64,000 nt of DNA from NCBI GenBank assembly GCA_022844165.1, contig JALHMH010000011.1:32001-96000 (forward strand), read 5' to 3'. A program made the position numbers and the translations under genes. The DNA is from Lysobacterales bacterium (GTDB lineage: Bacteria; Pseudomonadota; Gammaproteobacteria; Xanthomonadales; SZUA-5). Numbering within the stretch: the stretch's first letter is position 1; the number at the start of each line of letters is the position of its first letter. Shown one piece after another: positions 56,434 to 64,000 of this stretch. Below the pieces are notes generated by a model. It was not told the DNA's origin. It saw nothing but the letters and a program-made list of their open reading frames with translations, and searched no databases.

Positions 56434-58086
56434 ATGAAAACTAACAATGTGTTGTCGGCCCTTTCGGTGGCTGTACTGATGGCGCTTGTGGCGCCCTGCG
56501 CGTTCGCCGGCGATACCTGCGACGATGATCTTCCGCCGCAGAGTGGTGCCCAGGCGCCGGGTACCGACGCATATGCCTGCGGCACCGGCGCACAAGCCAC
56601 CGGGCTGCGCGCCAATGCCTTCGGCACACGCGCTCGCGCCACTGACGAAGACGCGGTGGCGGTGGGTCAGGACAGCCTGGCATCTGGTTTCCATTCTGCA
56701 GCCATCGGCGGACAGGCAGTGGCATCGGGCCGTGGCGGCACGGCTGTCGGCTGGCGCGCGCAGGCCACCGGCGAATTGTCCACGGCGACGGGCAATAGCG
56801 CAGTCGCCAGCGGCGCCAACAGCACCGCGAACGGTCGTTCCGCGATGGCCAGCGGCGCCAATAGCAGCGCCATCGGCGCCAACAGCATGGCTTCAGGTGA
56901 AAGCAGCACCGCGCTTGGGCAAGGCGCGACCGCGACTGGTGCAAGAAGCACGGCATTAGGCCAGGGTGCGCAAGCCACGAGCGTTAACGCAACCGCGGTC
57001 GGTCAGGGCGCCACTGCGTCCGATGAAGATGCTCTGGCCGTCGGCCAGGGCGCGCAGGCCACAGGTTTCCATTCCAGTGCCATCGGTACCCAGAGCGTTG
57101 CTTCGGGACGTGGCGCGACTGCAATGGGCTGGCAGGCTCGCGCGAGCGGCGAGCTGTCCACGGCTGTGGGTAATAGCGCGATCGCCAGTGGCGCGAACAG
57201 TGCTGCTGTCGGCCGCGCAGCAACGGCGAGCGGCAGCAATAGCACCGCAACCGGAAATAGCAGCACCGCCAGCGGTAGCAATAGTACGGCGACGGGCAAC
57301 GGTAGTCTGGCCAGCGGTAACAACAGTACGGCAAATGGTCAGGGCGCGCGCGCCACGGCGGCGAATAGTACGGCCACCGGTCAAGGCGCGGGTGCGACCG
57401 AAGAAGAGGCTACGGCCACCGGCCAGGGCGCGCAGGCGAGCGGTGTTCAGTCCACGGCCAACGGTGCGATGAGCGTTGCCTCGGGTCGCGGCGCGACAGC
57501 GACCGGCCGCCAGGCCCGAGCCACCGGCGTCGCCGCCACGGCAAACGGCACTGGTGCGGTTGCCAGCGGCGAAAACGCCTCCGCCTTGGGAAGCGGCGCT
57601 ACGGCATCGGCAGCCAACAGCGTTGCGCTCGGCGCCCAGGCGAATGCCAGTGCCGCAAACAGTGTGGCGCTCGGTAACGGTTCCACAGCGACCCGTGCCA
57701 ATTCGGTATCGGTGGGTTCCGTGGGTGCCGAACGCGTTATTACCAACGTCGCTAACGCCACGCAGCGCACTGATGCCGTCAACTTCGGCCAGTTCCTAGA
57801 CGGTATCGCCGAGCTTCGTGGTTATGTTGATTTGCGTTTCCGGCAAACCGACGAGCGGATCGACAAGCTTGGTGCAATGAACGCGGCAATGAGCACGATG
57901 ATCGGCTCGGCCAGCGGTATTCGCACCGACAACCGACTTGCGGTGGGTACTGGCTTTTCTGGCGGCGAAGCGGCGTTGTCGATCGGCTATCAGCGCGCAC
58001 TGAGCGAACGCGCAACGCTGACCATCGGCGGTGCGTTTACCAATGACGAAAGCCAGGCAGGCGTAGGTTTCGGTTGGGGCTGGTGA
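56434..58086 (+). CDS. YadA-family trimeric autotransporter adhesin
   Basis: Signal peptide, many 14-aa head repeats (ASGANSTAxG), neck RVITNVANATQRTDAVNFGQ, C-terminal anchor ending GVGFGWGW. Confidence 0.94.
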   Translation: MKTNNVLSALSVAVLMALVAPCAFAGDTCDDDLPPQSGAQAPGTDAYACGTGAQATGLRANAFGTRARATDEDAVAVGQDSLASGFHSAAIGGQAVASGRGGTAVGWRAQATGELSTATGNSAVASGANSTANGRSAMASGANSSAIGANSMASGESSTALGQGATATGARSTALGQGAQATSVNATAVGQGATASDEDALAVGQGAQATGFHSSAIGTQSVASGRGATAMGWQARASGELSTAVGNSAIASGANSAAVGRAATASGSNSTATGNSSTASGSNSTATGNGSLASGNNSTANGQGARATAANSTATGQGAGATEEEATATGQGAQASGVQSTANGAMSVASGRGATATGRQARATGVAATANGTGAVASGENASALGSGATASAANSVALGAQANASAANSVALGNGSTATRANSVSVGSVGAERVITNVANATQRTDAVNFGQFLDGIAELRGYVDLRFRQTDERIDKLGAMNAAMSTMIGSASGIRTDNRLAVGTGFSGGEAALSIGYQRALSERATLTIGGAFTNDESQAGVGFGWGW

Positions 58087-58233
58087 GTTTCGTCCAACCG
58101 CGAACGACTGTCGTAGGCATACGTTGCGGTCATCGGCGAGCCTTCTTGGCTCGCCGATTCCACCGAAATGCTGGCGAAGGTGAACGGCACTCGGTTTTGC
58201 GTCATTCGCGAGTCGGCATTTCAGGCTGGTTCA

Positions 58234-58262
58234 TTGACCAGCAGCCTTGCTACCGATATGCT
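58234..58262 (+). promoter_or_regulatory. Sigma70 promoter for rplU-rpmA
   Basis: TTGACC (58234-58239), 17-bp spacer, TATGCT (58257-58262), 40 bp before rplU. Confidence 0.7.
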
Positions 58263-58302
58263 TCGCGGCTCTCTTGATTTGCCCTTATGGACGAGGTTCT
58301 CG

Positions 58303-58614
58303 ATGTACGCCGTCTTTGCGACCGGTGGCAAGCAATACCGAGCTGCGCCCGGTGATGTGTTGAAAGTAGAAAAGCTCAATGCCGCGCAAGGCGATGCGAT
58401 CGAGCTGGATCAAGTGTTTCTGGTCGCCAATGGCGATCAGATTCGAGTGGGCGCGCCGGTGGTGGACGGTGCGAAGGTAGCTGCTACGGTAAAAGGCCAC
58501 GGCCGTGCCGACAAAGTGCATATCGTGCACTTCCGTCGTCGCAAACATCACCGCAAGCAGATGGGCCACCGTCAGCATTACACCGAAATCGAGATCACCG
58601 GCATCTCCGGCTGA
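58303..58614 (+). CDS. rplU: 50S ribosomal protein L21
   Basis: [12 protein letters not shown]...VEKL...[14 protein letters not shown]. Confidence 0.98.
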   Translation: MYAVFATGGKQYRAAPGDVLKVEKLNAAQGDAIELDQVFLVANGDQIRVGAPVVDGAKVAATVKGHGRADKVHIVHFRRRKHHRKQMGHRQHYTEIEITGISG

Positions 58615-58640
58615 TCGCAAGTACAAAGGATTGAAGCGTC

Positions 58641-59991
<1,351 letters not shown>

Positions 59992-60128
59992 TGTTGCTGT
60001 TCCGGTGTTGCGAGCGAAACCAGAAGCTCGTCGGTCGGAACCGCCTTGGCAACTTATGTGTGACAATGCTTCACACGACGATTGGCAATCGAGGTTATCG
60101 TTCGCGCTTCGGAACTCCGGGCTGTCGT

Positions 60129-63100
60129 ATGCGTTCTCTGGGAATTGCGCTTTTGATCTTGCCTGCGATCGCAGGCGCAGTCGACCAAACGGCGAATGTC
60201 GACATCACGACTGCAATATTCCCGCCGCAGGTCCGTTATGTCACTGCGGCGCCGGACGGCGGGGCGCATGCGCTCGTGCAACATCGCGACGGAGTGATCT
60301 CTTTCGATCGCTACTCGGCGGATGGCAGTCGCCTGACACGAATTTTTGAACCCGAAACGGATGCCTCCGGCGGAGGCTTTTACGAGACGGCTCGACTATT
60401 GGCGATCGATGAGGGCGTTGTCGCGCTCGACCGGCGTTGCGCACTCACGCAAGTCGATAGCGATGTTCTGTGGCGATCGCGCGCGCAATCAGGTGTCAAC
60501 AGCTGCTTCTTGCCGGCGATCGCGCCAGCCGGAGCGCTTTGGTTGTCGAGCGTATCTGCCGATGGTGGTTATCGCATCGACCGATTTGACAGCGCCGGCA
60601 GGTTAGCGACAACGGCTCGGGGGCTCGGCGTTTTTCAGGGCGTCAGCAATCCGCTTGCGATCGGCGATGGCGGCGCCTATGTCGGCGGTACGACCAGCAG
60701 TTTGGGCGGTGCAGCGGTGTTGGTGAGGTTGGCGAGCGACGGAAGTGTGCGCTTTCGCTGGCAAGCGACCGGGGGCCAGGCTCAGGATTTGCGTTGGCTT
60801 CAGGAACGACGCGACGGCGGCGTACTCGCTTTGGGCGCAGCAGGCGACGATCAGGTGGTGGTCCTCAGTATTTCGCCGGATGCTCAACTATTGTCGCTGC
60901 GTAGTCTCGGCTTGCTCCGGGCCAGTCAGATTGTTGGGTTCGTTGGCGATGCCGAATCGCGGTATGCCGTAATCGCCAATCGGGCATTAGGCGGCCAATT
61001 GTCATTGCAGATGTCTGGTGCCGAATCGCCGTTGGGCTTGCCGAGCGGATTCGAATGCGTTCCGGGTGCTCGCGGTTGCGCGCTTTCAGCCTTGGAGAAC
61101 GGCGAAGTCGAGTTCTTGATTCGCCAGGTTGAGGGTAGCCAGCCAGCACGATTGTTGCGCGTATCGCGTGTCGGCACAGTACTGGGCGATCGCTCGATCC
61201 CGTTCGCTCGGCCGAGTTTTGCGGATCGCGGCAGCAACGGCTGGTGGATCATTGCCGACGGCAACCTCGTGCGTTTGGATATTGAAGGTATGGCCGGCGC
61301 CATTCCGATCGAGCCCGCTAACGTCTCATTGCGGTTTTTGGGTGAGTACCAGCGCAATGGGGTTCGCTATCTGGCATTGGCCGATGCCGGCGCTGTGACC
61401 ATCGCACGCCTGGACGTGGACGGTGGCGTGATTTGGCAAAGGTCTTTTGACGGCGGTGGGTCCCAGGGCCTGCCTTGGTCCGATGCCGCTATGCAATTGT
61501 CGGACGGTTTTGCCTGTTTCCGCGATGAGCGACCGAGCGCCTCCGCAATCCCGGTGCGTTGCGTGCGCCATGGCGACGGCGCAACCTTGCTGGAAGTTTT
61601 TCCCAACGAGCAGATCGGACCGCAATTTGCGCTATTTGCGAACGGTATCCTGGCGATGCTCGATCGTACGCTCGAAAGCACCGCGCAGGTCCGCCGGTGG
61701 CGAATCGCCGATGGGCGTGAGCAATCGCCCGTGGCGCTGCCGCCCTTGCGAATCGCTGAAGGGTTGCGCTTGCGCAGCGATCGCAACCTCGGCACGAGCA
61801 TGGTGGCCGTCGGTCGCAGTATTCAAGGTAGTGTCGTAGCGGCGTGGTTCGATCATGACGATACTGCCGCGCGCAGCTTTCCACTTACGTTGATGCCGGT
61901 CGAATTTGGCGTGGACGGGCAGTACCTGGTGCTCATCGAAGATCGTGTCACCGGTGCCGCGCGCCGGCTGTTCTTGCGCGCGATCGACACTGCCATGGAT
62001 CGCGAACTACATCACTCGGAAATCGATCCGGCTTACGATGGGACGGGGCGGGTGCTGAAGCTGGTGATTGGCAATGGCAATCGCTTTCTGTCGCTTTCGC
62101 GTGCGCCCATCGCGCCTGCGGTTGCAGCGCCGAGCGCTCGCGTCTTGTCGATGACGCCTGACTGGCGATCCATGCTCTGGCAGAACGTGGAGTTGGCACC
62201 TGTCCTGACCTACCTTGAGCAGCCTGATCGACTGGTTCTGGCGCGCGCCGAAAACGGTGCCATCGGCTTTTACCTGCGCGACGCGGATGGCGAACCGGCG
62301 GGTAGCAGAACGATGCCCTGCGACGCGTCTACCGATTGCTGGAGCAATTTGCATATCGACCGCAGCATCGGCGGCGACATCAGTATTGCCTTCAACCGCT
62401 ACCAAACCAACGACGGTCGGCAATTACGATCCCTGCGCACAAACGTGGGTGCGAGAAGCGAGATCCGCATGGACCAATCGGGTATCGCCGGCCCCTGGTT
62501 CCATCCGGGCACGCCCGGGCAGGGGTTCCTGCTGAACTACATTCCGGAGGCCAATCTGATATTCGCGCCCTGGTTTGCGTATAGCGGCGCGCGTTACGGC
62601 GATCAGGCGCAGCTGGCCTGGTACTACTTGCAGGGGACAGTCGCCGCCGATTCCAGTCGCGCCGAACTGGACATCGTGCGCAATACCAATGGCCAATTCG
62701 CCACACCACCAACCACACAACCCGAGATCGTTGGTCGAGCTGAGCTGTATTTTCACGACTGCGACAACGCAACGCTGAGCTATCGTTTCGAGGCTGGCGT
62801 TGAATCGGGTCGCATCGGCAGTATGCCCTGGCAGCGATTGGGCGCTCGATTGTTTCCCTGTTTGCGTTTCGACGGCAGTACCCAATCGCCGGGATCTGAG
62901 GCCCCAGACGTTCGCGGATTCAGTCGGCGGCAATCGGGGGCGTGGTTCGAGCCTGTCACGTCTGGGCAGGGACTGATGTTCGAAGTGCAGCCGCCGCGCG
63001 ATGACGATCCGGGGTTCGTATTTGGTGCCTGGTTCACCTACGATGTCGCCCGCAACGATGCGCAGGCGCAAGACTGGTTCACGCTGCAGGCACCCATCGG

Positions 63101-63329
63101 CGAGGTCACAGGTGGGCGTATCGAGTTGCCCATCTTACGTGTCATCGGCGGCGAGCTCGACCGCATCGCCACGCGCAATGTGTTCCGTGTCGGATCTGCA
63201 ACGCTGACCTTCAACGGCTGCGATCGCGCCGTGTTTCAGTTCCAGTTCGAAACCAGCGAGTTGGCCGCCGAGCACAGCGGTCGCAGCGGCATCCAGCAAT
63301 TGCAGCGGGCTGGCGGTTGCGGGCCTTAG
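60129..63329 (+). CDS. Large secreted hypothetical protein (beta-propeller-like body plus two tandem C-terminal domains)
   Basis: Long ORF; signal peptide MRSLGIALLILPAIAGA; xDG..W repeats; two homologous GxWFxPxxxGQG domains. Confidence 0.8.
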   Translation: MRSLGIALLILPAIAGAVDQTANVDITTAIFPPQVRYVTAAPDGGAHALVQHRDGVISFDRYSADGSRLTRIFEPETDASGGGFYETARLLAIDEGVVALDRRCALTQVDSDVLWRSRAQSGVNSCFLPAIAPAGALWLSSVSADGGYRIDRFDSAGRLATTARGLGVFQGVSNPLAIGDGGAYVGGTTSSLGGAAVLVRLASDGSVRFRWQATGGQAQDLRWLQERRDGGVLALGAAGDDQVVVLSISPDAQLLSLRSLGLLRASQIVGFVGDAESRYAVIANRALGGQLSLQMSGAESPLGLPSGFECVPGARGCALSALENGEVEFLIRQVEGSQPARLLRVSRVGTVLGDRSIPFARPSFADRGSNGWWIIADGNLVRLDIEGMAGAIPIEPANVSLRFLGEYQRNGVRYLALADAGAVTIARLDVDGGVIWQRSFDGGGSQGLPWSDAAMQLSDGFACFRDERPSASAIPVRCVRHGDGATLLEVFPNEQIGPQFALFANGILAMLDRTLESTAQVRRWRIADGREQSPVALPPLRIAEGLRLRSDRNLGTSMVAVGRSIQGSVVAAWFDHDDTAARSFPLTLMPVEFGVDGQYLVLIEDRVTGAARRLFLRAIDTAMDRELHHSEIDPAYDGTGRVLKLVIGNGNRFLSLSRAPIAPAVAAPSARVLSMTPDWRSMLWQNVELAPVLTYLEQPDRLVLARAENGAIGFYLRDADGEPAGSRTMPCDASTDCWSNLHIDRSIGGDISIAFNRYQTNDGRQLRSLRTNVGARSEIRMDQSGIAGPWFHPGTPGQGFLLNYIPEANLIFAPWFAYSGARYGDQAQLAWYYLQGTVAADSSRAELDIVRNTNGQFATPPTTQPEIVGRAELYFHDCDNATLSYRFEAGVESGRIGSMPWQRLGARLFPCLRFDGSTQSPGSEAPDVRGFSRRQSGAWFEPVTSGQGLMFEVQPPRDDDPGFVFGAWFTYDVARNDAQAQDWFTLQAPIGEVTGGRIELPILRVIGGELDRIATRNVFRVGSATLTFNGCDRAVFQFQFETSELAAEHSGRSGIQQLQRAGGCGP

Positions 63330-63332
63330 GGC

Positions 63333-64000
63333 TCAAGCCTTCCAGCGATAACCAACGCCATGCAGCGTATCGATCGCATCGAAACTGGTATCGATCGCGA
63401 CAAATTTCTTACGAATGCGTTTGATATGGCTGGTGATGGTCGCTTCGTCGACCACCACCTGAGCGGCGCTCATCAGCTGATCGCGGTTCTTGATATGGCC
63501 AGGGTAACGGGCGAGCGCGTGCACGATCCAGAATTCGGTCACGGTCAATGGAATTTCCTGATCGTTCCAGGTGACGCGCATGCGATCACCCTCCAGTTTC
63601 AACGGGCCGTGTTCCAACAATTGGTCTTTTCCCGCTGGCAGGCTCAGTGCCTCGACTCGTCTGAACAGCGAAACGATGCGCGCCAGCAAATGCTGAAGGC
63701 TGATGTCTTTGGTGAGGTAATCGTCGGCGCCGAGACGCAGACCGGAAATGATGTCGAAGTCCGAATCGCGCGCTGTCAAGAAAATGATCGGCAAGGTTGT
63801 CGATCGTTGCCGAAGTTCGCGGCATAGCTCGAAGCCGCCCTCGGGCTCGTCGCCGAGGCCGATATCGATCAGGACCAGGTCGGGAATACGCAGCGCAAAA
63901 GCCGCTGAGGCCTGAGGACGCGTTGAATACGCGGTGACCTCATACCCGTAGCGTTTAAGCGCATCGGTATAATTGGCGCGAATCGCTGGTTCATCTTCGA
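63333..64000 (-). CDS. pdsR: OmpR-family response regulator, PdsR-like (proteobacterial dedicated sortase system); 5' end outside the window
   Basis: Extends beyond the ORF track: EDEPAIRANYTDALKRYGY...DIGLGDEPEGGFELCRELR...PIIFLTARDSDFDIISGLRLGADDYLTKDISL...LTVTEFWIVHALA. Confidence 0.8.
   Translation of the reverse strand, partial: EDEPAIRANYTDALKRYGYEVTAYSTRPQASAAFALRIPDLVLIDIGLGDEPEGGFELCRELRQRSTTLPIIFLTARDSDFDIISGLRLGADDYLTKDISLQHLLARIVSLFRRVEALSLPAGKDQLLEHGPLKLEGDRMRVTWNDQEIPLTVTEFWIVHALARYPGHIKNRDQLMSAAQVVVDEATITSHIKRIRKKFVAIDTSFDAIDTLHGVGYRWKA

Noticed and set aside
56560-57700. Periodic DNA resembling a CRISPR or tandem array
   Set aside because: In-frame degenerate 42-bp coding repeats of the YadA head, with no identical repeats, unique spacers or cas genes.

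Overview
This is a GC-rich (roughly 60-65% by eye) bacterial chromosomal segment. The housekeeping proteins (GlyQ/S, MreBCD-MrdA-RodA, LipAB, RplU-RpmA-ObgE, XseA) look like Xanthomonadales/Lysobacterales (inference, no search run). I see no prophage, transposase, CRISPR array or rRNA; there is one tRNA-Arg(CCT). Core genes are interleaved with accessory ones. These include a pbpC/alpha-2-macroglobulin pair in divergent orientation, and a co-directional trio of TPR-Asp/Asn beta-hydroxylase, 12-Cys TonB-dependent receptor and SAM methyltransferase, which is the best candidate for an uncharacterised system. Others are a Betaproteobacteria-like dxs, a PIN toxin-antitoxin pair wedged between glyQ and glyS, a class A beta-lactamase, a Cys-degenerate SufU, a thiS coupled to a diguanylate cyclase, a CpcT/CpeT-like lipoprotein, a YadA-type adhesin with a 378-bp super-repeat, and a large secreted protein with two tandem unnamed C-terminal domains. 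A modular hairpin-rich repeat occurs three times (2202-2357, 17641-17822, 47877-48133); each copy is bounded by CTAG/TTAG/CTAA overlapping a host stop codon. Start codons were chosen by eye, and family assignments come from recalled motifs rather than database hits.
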